A stretch of DNA of 36,745 nt from Catajapyx aquilonaris (Eukaryota): NCBI GenBank assembly GCA_000934665.2, contig JYFJ02003875.1:1-36745 (forward strand). The letters are read 5' to 3'. Below the pieces are notes generated by a model, which had not been told where the DNA came from, did not search any database, and saw only the letters and a list, made by a program, of their open reading frames with translations. Made by a program: the position numbers and the translations under genes. Shown one piece after another: positions 1 through 12,941 of this stretch (position 1 is the stretch's first letter; the number at the start of each line of letters is the position of its first letter).

Positions 1-68
1 GGGGTTGCCGGTTACTTGGCTATTATAAAAGGGGGTTGCGACTCGAGAAAGGTTGGTGACGACCACTG
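1..68. mobile_element. Right end of a hAT/Charlie-like MITE, truncated by the window edge
   Basis: Ends ...AAGGTTGG..ACCACTG|TTCTAG, resembling the CAGTGGTT..CAAC terminus seen complete at 31187-31393. Confidence 0.4.
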
Positions 69-252
69 TTCTAGAGAATGTGTGTAAAAGTAGCCAAATA
101 AGTTTATCTTCATCCAACTCAGGTGTGATTTTATCAAAATGTTTCTCGTATGCAGTTTGGGTTAGATTTTAGAAGTTTCGTAAGTTTAGTCTTTTTAGGT
201 TTGAGCTTTGATACAATATCAGTGCAACACTAAAGGTCTTAACAATTTTCAG

Positions 253-3200
253 GACAAGAATCAGAAACTCCTAAAGAATCTATGACAGATCTTTCAAGTG
301 AGGATCCCTACCAAAGAGAGCCTGTAAAACGTAATCGAAGAGACCTGGCTAAGAAGAAAAGTACACCAGCAAAGAAATTGACAGCATCTAAGGCAGATCA
401 TGCAGTCAAAAAGGAAGCCAATACGCAAGAAGATGAAGCAGCAGAAGAAGCATTGCCCACCATCATGCCTAGAGCACGTTCCCCATCACTGACTGATTCA
501 TATTATTCTGAAGATGAAAATGGGGAAGGTGCAGATCTGGAGTATCATGAAGATGTCGATGAGGAATATTTAGAAGTATGTTCAGTGTCACGCAAGAGAA
601 ATGACCATTTGTCATTGTTCCTATGTCACAGATGTCAACAGACATTTACATTCAGAGGTGAATTTGAAAGACATTACATAAGTGCCCATGAAGCGCCTCC
701 CACTTTCCAGTGTGGATTGTGTGAGAAACTATTTTCACAGTTCAATGCATACAAATCTCATCGATATCGCCATCGCATGGAGGGAAAGTTTAAGTATGTC
801 TTGTTACCAGTAAAATATTCATTAAAGTAGATCCACACATCATTTACGCATATATTTTTTAGGTGTCAAGATTGCCCGAAGGCATTTAACACAAATGCAT
901 TGCTGCAAGTTCACATGCAATCCCGCCATTCTGCAGGGATGCAATACGTGTGTGAGAAGTGTGGGAAGTCTTTTCGTACGAAGTCTGGATTTAAATGCCA
1001 TGAAGCCAAGCATGAGGGGAGCTCAGTTGGTGTACAATTTGCCTGTGAAGTGTGTGGGAAAATGTAAGTAACCCAAATTGGTTTTTCTTCTAGGTTATGG
1101 ACTAGTACTGATGAAATGGTTATGAAATAGCATAACACAAGTAATTCATCTATTCATTTATCATCAGTACTTGTTTTGGTCCACATTCTTTCACTTTGTC
1201 TGCTTGTACACCTATCTGCACAGGGTAGTGCCAAAGGTGTTAATTTCCTCTTGGGTCTGCGTTTCTTGAGATATGCTACTGGGAAATATGTTACTCAAGT
1301 AGATTTTGGCAATTTCTAATCCTTATAGTATAAACGAGAGTGGATGTACTGTACTATTAACCGCAAAGGTAATGTCGCGACTGTTTATATGTGATGCCCG
1401 AGATCGGTTGGTAATTCTGGGCGCTGTCAGGTTACAGATATATTGATTTGGCGATGTTCCGGAATCCACAACACTGGTCACCGGTCGTCCCCACGGTCCG
1501 GGTCACAGTTTGAGAGCTCTGCTACTTATTCGTGCAACTTATTTCTGCTCTGCACTGTAAAGTCTGCGTAATTTATAAAACAGAACCTACTTTTATCAGC
1601 AATTAAATCCACACTGCAATAAAATAATACTGTATAAGGTCTCGAACTCTCGATTGACAGGCAGGCAGTCATCAACAACACTGCAGTCATCAACTAGTTT
1701 TTTATAGACCTAAATAACTTCACATTTTGCGCCACACATTAGCAAATTACATGATGAATTTTAATGAAACGTCTAGTAGTTAACCAAAATACTGTATTAT
1801 AGGGGACAAGCAGGGACCAAGCCTAACATGTGGACTGTGACGTAGCAGTTTTGCTTGCTAAGTTATAAATTTTTCGGCAATTTTGGAAATTTTTAGGCAA
1901 CGGAATTCTGCCAAATGCACCCCTGGAACCTTCGACTCTTCCTTTTTCTATGGAAATGCGCTTCACACAACAATAGGAGTAAACAGTGTTCTATTATCAT
2001 TGCCCTCATGCAACAATAGGAGTGTTTACTCCTATTGTTGCATGAGGGCATTTCCTTGGAAACAGGAAGAGCGGAAGGTTCCAGAGGTACATTCGGCAGA
2101 TTTCCGTCGACTGTAGCTTCAGGTGAACCTAATACGTCACAGTCAGGTTAGGGTTCCCCCTATCAGGTTAGTATAGCCTTCTTACGAACGGGCTCCCAAG
2201 GCTCCCCAAAAGGATATTTGATAGCATTATCTCTCCACTTTCAATCACTTCTGCGTACGTTGACTGACACCACGTTCAACATAATTATGTAGGCTACCCG
2301 ACACTATACACACGGGTTTGCTGCTATAAATTAATAAATAACATATTTTAAAAATCTACATATGTAAGACAAAGTTTCTTTGCTTTTTTGTTTGCCCATG
2401 GCATCGGGATTTTGTTGGTATGATTACCATGAAAGCAAGCCGTGCAAAGAACGGGCTCCGCTGCTAGTTCTTTATAAAGTTATTGGCATGTTTGGGTTAT
2501 CCATAAGTGATGGGGTCATCTTCATGCATGTCAACTCCCAACCTTTTCTGCATAAGTTGCTTGGCATGCAGAATGATGCATCACCAGTGTGGGAGGGCAA
2601 TTCAAAACTTATAAAGCACCATAATGAAGCTGAATTCACCAAAGGCAATTAGGACAATTTTGTCTTATAAATTTACAAGAAGGCTAAATCTGAGAGAAAG
2701 AGCACACCTTTGGCGCCACCTTGTGGAGAGGACTGTAGGAGGAATATTTCCTAGTTAGATTTGATAAAGAGAGCTGGTTATTTTTGTAAAAGTCTTACAA
2801 TTCAACTAGAGTGAGATAGATCTCTGATCCTGTCTTATTATTCCCTCAGCCTGCACACACATTCTGGGTTCCGGGCACATTCTCTGGTGCACACGCATGG
2901 CAAGCGCTTCATGTGTGATGTGTGTGGTAAGTGCTTCACCCAGAAGGTGAACCTGCAGCAGCATCAGAAGTCCCATAATGGAGACAAGCCCCACACCTGC
3001 GAAAAGTGTGGCAAAGGCTTTGCTGAGAAGGTCCACCTGCAGAGGCACTATGGTAGCCACTCTGAAGTGCGTTCTTTTGTTTGTACAATCTGCCAAAAGA
3101 CTTACAAAACTGAGAGCACCCTCAGAATTCACATCAAAACCCACACACATCCAACAGAGAGGCCTTGCATCTGCAATTTCTGTGGGAAGGGCTTCCTCAG

Positions 3201-3630
3201 CAACCATAAGAGAAAGGTAACTTTGCTTGAAACATCATCTCTAATCGACATATGAAAACATCACTGTTTTTATTGACTAATTTCACAGTAACAGTCATTT
3301 CTTTTGGGAATTGTGTACAGATGGCAGCATTTCATATGATTACCATGTGGCTCCATCTTTGAATACATTTTGTAGAAATATGGCACCTTCAAATGTGAAT
3401 TTAAGCACTAATGTACTCACAATCCCCAGCAACATGAGAACACCCACACCGGTGAGCGGCCCTATGCTTGCAAATACTGTGACAAGACATTCACCAATTA
3501 CCCCAATTACCTGAAGCATACAAGACGAAGACATCTCCCAAAGGAATCGTCTGCTAAGGGGGCAGAATTTATTGCCACAAAGATGGAGATAGATGACCCC
3601 AGTGAGTTGCAAGCAGAAGAAAGTGGATAA
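253..3630 (+). CDS. C2H2 zinc-finger protein, 3' part with 10 tandem fingers after an acidic linker; N-terminus lies upstream of the window
   Basis: Exons 253-793, 863-1063, 2850-3216 and 3430-3630 join in frame across GT-AG introns; three fingers are completed only by splicing (GKFK|CQDC, CEVCGKI|LHTHSGFRAHSLVH, NHKRK|QHENTHTGERPY); stop TAA 3628-3630; AATAAA near 3883. Confidence 0.92.
1219..2725. mobile_element. Degenerate DNA-transposon relic bounded by ~22-bp terminal inverted repeats, in an intron of the zinc-finger gene
   Basis: CACAGGGTAGTGCCAAAGGTGT (1219-1240) is an imperfect inverted match to ACACCTTTGGCGCCACCTTGTG (2704-2725); no clear target-site duplication. Confidence 0.45.
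1896..2113. mobile_element. Palindromic MITE containing a perfect 23-bp hairpin
   Basis: About 1900-1985 pairs with about 2023-2107; perfect stem TGCCCTCATGCAACAATAGGAGT (2001-2023)/GTTT/ACTCCTATTGTTGCATGAGGGCA (2028-2050); right end CTG|TA. Confidence 0.7.
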
Positions 3631-5639
3631 GATATGACCCTGTGAAATGAATTTCAATCCATCAGCCAGAGGCATTATATCAGTTCAGTGTGTTCCAGGT
3701 ATTGGGGGTCCTTTTCATAATAACTGCAAATTTATCCCAAAGTTGTTATTTTTCTTTAGCTATTTTCACCCCAATTGAGGTGTCCCATTACGAAGTGTCA
3801 GCTGTTATATTGAATAGCACCTGGGAATAATGGGCACTTTGAACAGGTACAAAAATAACCACTTTGAGTGAAATTTGTTATAAATAAATAAATCCAAATA
3901 CTTGGAACACACACTGTCCACACTCGAGCCCCAATTAAGTGTTTCATCTGGACATGACTGAAAGCTGTAGAATCACTATGAAAGTGAAGGAATCAAATCT
4001 AATGTTACATCAATGCAATGATGTAATGTTCTGGTGTTCAACTATCAGCATATTTTTCAAATGTTCATTTTCTGATTTAAAATGGTTTATTCGGGTATTT
4101 ATTCTTTGAATGGTATACACGATAATAATTAGACTTCAAGGTGGGAGTACAGTATATACAGAGGAGCTGAATGGGAAGCAAAATAAAAAAGTGGCAACCA
4201 AGTAATGGTATTGGGTCTGGGAAGAACGGCATATCATGTGCATCGCTAGCGAGGTGCTTCAGAATATGTGGAAGGAAATCATGCATAAACAAGTCTTTGA
4301 TTTTTCGAAAACTATTAGTATTATTATTTTGTTGATGTTAGGCCAGTGCTAACCCTAGCGTAGGTACAGGTTTGCTTATTGGCCTAGACCTCCCATTGGC
4401 TTGATCCTCAGGGTGCGGATTTTCATCTTTGTTTTAGCTTTGCAGAACTAGGAAAACCAAACTGGAAGTGTAAGCACATCAGAGAAGCTACTTTTTTGAT
4501 ATATAAATCTTTGGCAATTTGCCTGAATTATTTTGTAAACTTTAGTATAATGTATTGATATTGAATTACACGTCATTATGATAAAAATATAATGGTGATA
4601 TTTGCCAGTGCCATGTATTGGTCTTACTACTAGTAATTATTGCATACGCTCTAATTGTCATTACAATGTTACGAGTACATTGATTGCATACATGGGGACA
4701 TGCAGTGTGTGTGGGTGGTTGGAGGCCCATCCGTCTTCTTTTCCAACAAGATACAGTATTTCAATTTTTTTGTCATTTATAGGTCGAAATCAGTATGCAA
4801 TTTTTGTGCATTATTAGGTAACAGAGATTTTGACCGACACACACAAAGTGATTTACATGGCGAGGTTCACACCACATTCACCTGATTGTTGGACTATTCA
4901 ATGTATTACATTTTATGACCTTGTCGAGAGAGTACCTGTCAAGTGGACATGGCAAGGAGTTCAGATGTTGCTGGTGTCACCATTGAAAAGGCTAATTTGA
5001 TTTTCAGGTCAGAGATGTGATATTTTTGTCTGCATGTGCATTACTGTATAATGCACGTGCAGCATGAGCTCTGAGGGTTTAAAAATTGGCATTGTAACCC
5101 CGAGAAATGTTTCAGTGATGGAAAATTACTTCACAATAAAAAACTACCAACCAGTTATTGGACATGTAAGCTTAATTGTTCATATTTTACTGTTTCAGTC
5201 AGTTTGTAATGAATTGTACTGCATTTTCCAATAACCAGAATATTTTTCTTACTTTAGTATTATCACATTGCATTGATGCTGAATGATGTTATTATTTTGT
5301 GCATTCTAAAATCAAAACCACATTCTTCAACTGGACAATTAATATTGACTAGGAGATAATATGCATGCGCTAAAGACGTCAAATTCATACACTATCCTAC
5401 TGTGCTATGTTGCACCCAGCCCACTGCAACTCCTACAATACGGTAGCATACTTACAGTGTCTCTGCCACCCTGGATTTGGTGCTGGCATTGCTCATTGGG
5501 GCAGCGGGTTGCTGGCACATTCAGGAGGTTGGCAGGCCAATCTGCGGACAGGGACTGAGGGTGTGTTCCTTGTGAGCATTGATGGTTTGGGTTGGTTCAG
5601 AAGGGATCTGCCCGAGTGAACCTGGCAACCCACTGGCCC

Positions 5640-6390
5640 CAGTGAGTACCTCAATATAATGCTCCTACATATAACACTATCCTGGTTGTAACACCCTTTC
5701 TTCCTAGTCCCTTGATCAGCCCCATGCGGGGCAATGACGATTTTTCTCACTTATAACACTTTCCCACTAATACTGCTCCAGCTGTGTCCCTGGTCCCCAG
5801 AGAAACTCATCCCACAAAATATAACGTCAAAGACAGGACCAAATTCGGGATGTGCATCATTACCTGGACGTCATGGACAGCTGAGCAGCCAAAAGCAAAT
5901 GATTTGGGTGCACTGCACTGAATCATCTGAGCTTTGGAGGACATGGATCCCAAGATAATCTAAAATTGCTTCAGAAACTCAGCACTAGGAAATCATGCGA
6001 CTGCTGTCTCCCAGGAGTACCCATGTGACATTCTCCTTGTTGAGGATAAGGGAGTGTTGCAGGAGCGCACTAGGGTTGCATTTCGTAACTTGTTGGCTGT
6101 TGATGATGATCTTGTGACCACAGAACTGCAGTTGAAATGGAATCTCATTGCTAACCACAATAGGAGAAAATAAGGAAACACGAATGAAAATGAAGAGGAG
6201 GAAGTGGAGGATGATGACAATGGCAATGAATATGACTAGCCATCTTCTCTGCTATCAAGGGCTGCTGCTCTGGATGCTCTGTCCACCATCTGAGCTCTCC
6301 AATTCTATGCCTGTCCACATACAGGTGGCTGTTGCTGCAGGGGGTGACATCACTCAATATCTATTGTGTTTGGACATTTGTGACATTTGA
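5640..6390 (+). mobile_element. Decayed Tigger/pogo-family element with a transposase C-terminal remnant
   Basis: Left end CAGTGAGTACCTCAATATAA resembles pogo/Tigger termini; stop-ridden translation DLGALH*II*ALEDMDPKII*NCFRN ... AVDDDLVTTELQ ... EEEVEDDD ... SRAAALDALSTI matches the TIGD/pogo C-terminal pattern (AW..v....I.NCFrk; D+DL.T). Confidence 0.65.
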
Positions 6391-6917
6391 AAATAAATAC
6401 TTTATTATGAAAGTTATCTGACTTATCTCCAGCAAGCCAGTGAGGGATGTTCCCTCTGATACAGATGTGATCCAACTCTTTTGGTACTCAGGGTAACTGA
6501 TCCTGTACTTCTACAGGAATGGATTTGCAAAGGGGATTGGAATAACTTACATTCCATAGTTATTTGTATCACTTTTCTTTCCTATTTTCATGTCCATTTG
6601 TATTCAAGTACTGACATTTTTGTATTCCACCATTATTTTAAAAACCCATGCCTCATTATTTTCAGCTGGGGATAGTAAGAGTTATAAACTGATTAAATAA
6701 AAATGAATTATTTTTCCATCTTTTATGGACGGGGATGACATGCGCAACATACATATGTACAAATGAATGAAAAATAAACTTATCTATCTAATTTTCAGCA
6801 AAAAACTTTTGGCAGTTCTCATGTACATCTGAACTTGTCATAACACACTTGTGCAAATCCCACACATGCAGAAAAACCAGGTAGGACCATTCCACCACAA
6901 GATTTGTTCAAATTGGA

Positions 6918-7042
6918 ACACGACTGGACATAATAGCAGTCCCTTGGAAATTTTCCAGCAGGGGCAGTGCGAGTGGCGATCTCCACATGCGCCGGCCAAG
7001 TTGGAAAATTTCCAAGGGACTGCTATTATGTCCAGCCATGTA
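6918..7042. mobile_element. Small MITE with perfect 34-bp inverted arms
   Basis: CTGGACATAATAGCAGTCCCTTGGAAATTTTCCA (6924-6957) is the exact reverse complement of 7002-7035, with a 44-bp spacer. Confidence 0.7.
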
Positions 7043-8107
7043 CAAGATATTGCCTATGTAAAGACATGGCACAATTTTCCAATTTCTTTTTGATGGGAGC
7101 TGGAAGGTTCAGGGGGAAATACAATACATAAGACTTGCTTGCTACTCAAAGATCTTAGCATATATTTTTCCTTGATCCAGATATATAGTTATTTTTGTAA
7201 GCCAGTAGTCGACTCTCAGTCTGTGTCAGTCAGAGCATCAGGCAAATCATGGCAGCAGTCGAGGTGTTGTTTTTAAGAATGTATGATCAGTAATCTCTAG
7301 GGCACCTACATTGATCAATTTACTAAATTTTGGTGTGATTTGTGTTGTAAAGGTCCAATGAGTTCACTGGAAATTTACAGATGACTAGCCTCCAATGTGA
7401 ACATGCAGTCTCCTTAGTCAAAATGCTACTGCATATTTGCATTAGATCAGAGACATGAGTGGTTTTCCTGTGAACCTGTCAATTCCTTCATTTATTATCT
7501 ATTATTATTATTTATTCATCTTTATCTTTCTGGCCATAACAATACATAGGTTTTTAATGATCACATAACCTGAGCTTAATAGACAAGACAATATATCGAA
7601 GTACAAATACTAACTTTAAACTGTCAATTTCAAATAGAGGATATGGAAGTATCCCAGGACAATAATTTCTGAATATGGGACATTGACGATACTCCAATAT
7701 TTGACCATGACATCATTTCAGAATGCGACTACCTCTTGACACATTATGATGACAATGGAGCCTGGTGCTTAGAACACAATATTGCAGTTTTTAAACCAAA
7801 TAAACGACTTTAGGCCCTGATGTTCTTTCACTTAATTGAAAAACCCAGAGGCAGAATGGTCCAGATGTTACCTGTTTAATGGCACAGTTGTCAAAATCAT
7901 TAATAATAATACTAATGTGAGAATTAATCTAGATATGCCTATTTCCATGGTGTGGATCTTCCCTTGGATTTATTCCCATCCATTAAGAAACCCTCCAACA
8001 AATCCTTTAGTTGTTGAGATTCAGACTCGGAGGTTGATGACTGAAACAAAGATATTGGAAGAGTAAATAATTATGACTGTACACAGAATAAGATCATAAT
8101 TACTTAC

Positions 8108-11100
8108 ACCTTGTTGGCACTGGCTGCTGCTCTCTTTGCTATGTTGTGAAACAGGCCTTCCAGTGAATGTTCTCTGCACAACTTTCGGTTTACCTTTGGA
8201 CAACTTCTTGATTGAGCTGTTCTTCGGTGGTTGATGAAGAAGCTGAAAATTTTCATCTCATGAAGCAACCATACAATATTTTAAAATACCCTTCATCACC
8301 TCCACATGCACACACACTCCACATTGAGGCTTTTACCTAACCTAGAAAGTGAAAGGAAAAGAGCAGGAGATTTCAGGCAGGTTCCAGAAGGCTTCAATCC
8401 TTCCTTTATTGACTGGTCTAACAATGCCCAGCCCTACCCCAAATATTTTTGCCAACATCTTTGAATAGGCCTAGAGTCTCAAAACTGCCAGAAGTAGTAA
8501 GATTTGGTCTCATTAGATCTCAAAGTGGGGTTTAAACTCAGGTTCAAAAGCTCTTCTTTGGAATCCAAATAATATTTACAAGCAGAGTAGTGAACTTGGC
8601 AACCCCTCTGGTATAATTACCTCCATTAACTGAATGTACCTGCTAGTGAGTCATAAATTTCTTGACTTGGGTACACTTAGACTTTGCTTTATGCTGCTAT
8701 TTTAAAGGACGATATGCACAATTAACTACGTACCTGCTTGATATGTTTAACCAGCATATCTTCTATTCCTGTGTCGATGGACCCATTAGCTAGCTTCTGA
8801 ACTGTTGATTCTTCTTTGACAGAACTAGTTTCACTTTCGTCAGAGAGAACCCCATTGGCAACAACCTTGGGCCTGGTGCCATTCTCTTGAGGGGATGTGC
8901 TGATCAATCGCTCCCTAGTAATTGCACTTGCCTTCTTCTGGTTAGGCTTTCCCTGTGGTGAAGGTGATGAAGGAGTAGGAGGCAAGGTGCTAACTGGCCC
9001 TACACAAGATGGTGTGCTGTGGAAAACATATCCATCCTTGGGTGGCTGAGAGTATGGGTGTGTCGGTGGGCTAAGAGAGTGGGAGGGCACGCCCAAAGAC
9101 AGGCTAGGAGGAACCCAGTTGCTGTATGACACTACGGGTGGCTGCTTGTTCAGCCTTCCTTCAGAGTTCGTGTCAGAAGAAGGCGTGGCCCTGCGTTCAC
9201 CCGGATGAAGCTGCTGCATGGTTTGGTTCAAGTGATCTAGAATTGCCTCCTGAAATTGCTGAGAAGGGCATGTGTGCCTGGCCTTAAAGGCAGCAACCCA
9301 GGATATCACTTGCTCTAAGTTGTGCACCATGAAATCACGATGCCTCCTGTGGTTTTCACTCTCCAACTTATACTGCTGCTCCAGAGACTCGAAGTCAGAC
9401 AGACTCCTACAAACGTGAGACGACTGAGTAAAATATTCATGGTGGCACAAAAAATGTTATATTCGTATCAAACGGAATTGTAAAAAACTATTACTTGTAG
9501 AAAATCAAGTGCAAAGTCACACTGCGAGAGCACAGTTCAATGCAACAGTTTAACCATATTTTAAGCTCACATGGCAACTTGTCTAGGGCTGATGGCAGGT
9601 TTACTGTATATCTGCTAAGACAAAATTGAGGCAGTCTCTCATGTCACTCACTTGGCCCTGAATTCCTTCAGATTCTGCTCATATTTCTCTTGCAGCCTGG
9701 ATACGCTGGCCCTGTGGTGCTCCTGCATCCTGTTCCGCTCCTGGTCCAGCTCCCCAACCTTCTCTGAAACTATCCTCTCGACCTGTTGCTGGTAGAATTT
9801 GTGGATCTCCTCCCTGGCTGCTTCAACCTTTTCCTCACACTGCTTCAGGCCCTCCTTCCACCTTCCCTCTTTGCTTTTGACCTCTTTCAGCTCAGCCTGG
9901 GCACCCTTCAGCTGGGAATCCAACATTTCAGCTCTCTTTGTTTCTTGCTGCAACCTGTTCTCCAGGTGCTCTTTCTCCTGGGCTAACTGCAAAAGTGTAA
10001 TAAGCAATATTAGATCATGTAGCAGCGTGTACTAACTGCCCTTTTAAATTCAAAAGGTGATGAAGGTAATGAAGTCATAGATTGTTTTCTCTGGCAACCA
10101 TACAACTACAAGGGTTGATTCAAACGTCATGGCGTGTATTTTTGTATTCAAAAACAGTGACACATACAGAGATGACCTTTGCTGAGTTTTGAAGATCTGG
10201 CGATTACAATTTGATCTGGCATATAGATGTCGCCCATATCGCAAGGGGTCGGAAAACAAAAGGGGATCGTGACCCCCTCACCGCACCATCACCCTAAGAC
10301 GGCCTGGGCCTGACGCGCCTGGAGCTGTTGGGACGCTGCATGCGGGACACTCGGAGATGGACAACACTGGAGCTTGCTTTTGAGTGTGGGACAAGTCAGA
10401 GCACTATGACCGGAGCCATGTGTCATCCATTGCCACAGACAGGTTTAAAAAACCATCCCCCTGACCCCTCAATGCGATCGAGTTCCAAGCGAGGGCAAAA
10501 TGGCGGGACTTTGGCACCTCAAAGAGATGGCAAGGAACCCGTGAGGATGCCAACTTCCTGAGACCATTCAGTCTTTCAGATTCCTAAGCATAGTTCTCTG
10601 ACTTGTCCCACACTCAAAATCAAGCTCCAGTGTTGTCCATCGCCGAGTGTCCAGCATGCAACATCCAACAGCTCCAAGCGCGTCAGGCTCGGGGCTTCGT
10701 AGGGCGATGGTGCGGTGTCACATTCTCCCTTTGTTCCCCCACCCCCCTCACGATATGGGCGACATCTGTATGCCAGATAAAATTATAATCACCAGATCTT
10801 CAAAACTCAGCAAAGGACATCTCTGTTTATATTACCGTTTTTGAATTTAAAAATACGCGCCATGACTTATGAATCAACCCTCGTACAATGGGAATGAACG
10901 GGAATGTCTCCCATCACTTTGGCTGTGAGAGTAGCTAGCACATCACAATACTATGAAATCAAAGAACATTTTTGATATCAGCTTTCTAAATGCACCCATC
11001 GCCTTACCTTTCCAGTTGCATCCTCTAAGGTAAGTCGCTGTTCCTCAGTGAGTCTGACCTGCTCCAACCTTCTCTCCACTTCCAGAGTGGCCTCCTTCCG

Positions 11101-12459
11101 CTTGGCAGCTATCCTGTTGTTTTCTTCAAGAAGCTTGGCAGAATGTTCCTCTGCCTTTTGCAACTGCCCTTGAAGCTGGGTCACTTCTGCTCTGTGTGCC
11201 TCTGCTGCAATGGCCTTCTCCTTCTCTGCTCGCTCCAATTTTGTCTTGAACACCTCTGCCAAGTCGAGTGCCTTTGACAGTTCCTGCTCATACTGCTGTA
11301 CACGTTTTTTGTGTTCCTTTAATTCAATCCCAAGTTCTTGCTTCTCCTTACGGCAGCTGTCAAGGTCTCGCTTCAATTCCAACTCAGTCCGGCGGCGCTC
11401 CTCGATACCATGCTGGTTGGCATGCTCTGACTCACGTAGAGCTGCAGTTTTGTGGCGGTCAACCTCAACTGCTACTGCAACCTTTTCTTTCTCCTCCAGG
11501 AGGTGGATCTGCAATTGTTGGATCATCCTCTCGCACAACTGGCGACGGCATTGCTCCTCTGCTAGCTTTTTACCAAGGCGCTGTGGTTCTTGCGACTGTT
11601 GATCACCCCATAATTCTCCCAGGTTTACATGATCTGCAGGCCATGACGACACATCATCAACATGGACATGCCTCGTTTGTGGACGCAAGAATTGTGGTAT
11701 TCCTGAACCTAGTGCAAACTCCACCTTCTTTTTGGGTCGTACATCAACCCCCGCAGCATCTGAGGTGCCGGAAACAGCATTTCCAGGTCCAGACTTTGCA
11801 GTGTTTGGGCTTCGCGGTCCAAATGCGTCATTTGGGTGCGAGCCATGAATGCTCTCAACATTGTTTAATGTGTCATCTTCACTGTGGTCCCCAATGGGAG
11901 TCACCTTCTTAACAACGCATGGCTCCTCCACTACAGCCTTCTGTGGTGAGTCACTCCATAGATTGTCTAGACTTCGCTGAATATCTCTCTCTGTCTGCAG
12001 CTTTGTCTGCTGTATCTCTTCCCACAGGCGCCGCAACTCTTGATAGTTGACTAGGGAGAATCCACCAGGTGTCTGACTTCCAATGCCCTCACTTAAGCTT
12101 CGCCAAGTTTCATCGCCCTGCCGCCAGTTGTCAGGACTTCCCTTCTTAGGATCACCAGCACCATCTCTAAAATCAAAATTGTATCTGGGAGGTATGGTAG
12201 TGCCTAGGTCACCATCCTGGAAAGTCAGCCTCTTTCGAGCCGAGTCAGACTTGCTGGGTGAGTTCGGAAGAGATGAAACACGTGGAAACCGACGCCCAGC
12301 AAAGGGGACATTGGAGGGGCGGACCACCACATTAGGAGAGGAGGAAGCACTGATGGACGATACATCAGTTATATTGAGGGCCAGATCTATGTCAAGGGCT
12401 GAGTCGGCCAGATCAGATGTAGATGGAAATGTGAGGTCTGTGTTGGTAGAGCGCTCCAT
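8108..12459 (-). CDS. CNTROB: Centrobin-like centriolar coiled-coil protein; terminal exon(s) uncertain
   Basis: Exons 12459-11008, 9986-9652, 9406-8734 and 8242-8108 are in frame with GT-AG boundaries; EEQCRRQLCERMIQQLQIHLLEEKEKVAVAVEVDRHK...YEQELSKAL matches my recollection of human centrobin EHTRRKHCERHIQSLQTRVLELQQQLAVAVAADRKK...LEQSLSEAM; possible last exon 5620-5493. Confidence 0.8.
10109..10883 (+). mobile_element. Internally deleted mariner-derived element with ~150-bp TIRs, in a CNTROB intron
   Basis: TA|CAAGGGTTGATTCA ... TGAATCAACCCTCG|TA; inverted similarity about 10109-10266 vs 10725-10883; internal remnant RRWTTLELAFECGTSQST resembles the second mariner HTH. Confidence 0.8.
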
Positions 12460-12941
12460 CCGGAACCACTAGGATGATGATGCATTGTCTGAAATAGGGA
12501 TGTCACAATCATTCTATGGCATAATAAAAGGTATTACAGATAATTGGCAAGTACAGTTCTCATGCAATGAAACACAAAAGGTCTATCTTATAAAATGCAT
12601 GTAATGGCTCATTGAGTATTTTCTCTCATACACGTTAGTGCACAAAATATCTTTCAGAACCAGATTGCATATTCCAAGGCACTGCAATAATCAAAAAAAA
12701 AATTTGTCAAAAAGAAACTATGCATGGTTCATAATAAAATCTGAGTTCATAACAATCCTGTAAAACTATGGTTTAGCTGTGCTGATAGTGATCTGCAACT
12801 GCAAATGATACTTATTTTGCCAAGTCCCACTGCAGTTACAAAAGCAATGTTTTACCCCAAAATAAAAAATAAGTCACAATAAGGAATTCCTCATAATCTG
12901 CCTAAGGAGGGTCTTTACCCCATGAACACCAATGTCCTCAT

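Noticed and set aside
11210..12472. Plus-strand ORFs of 129-214 aa
   Set aside because: Antisense shadows of the CNTROB coding exon with no recognisable motifs
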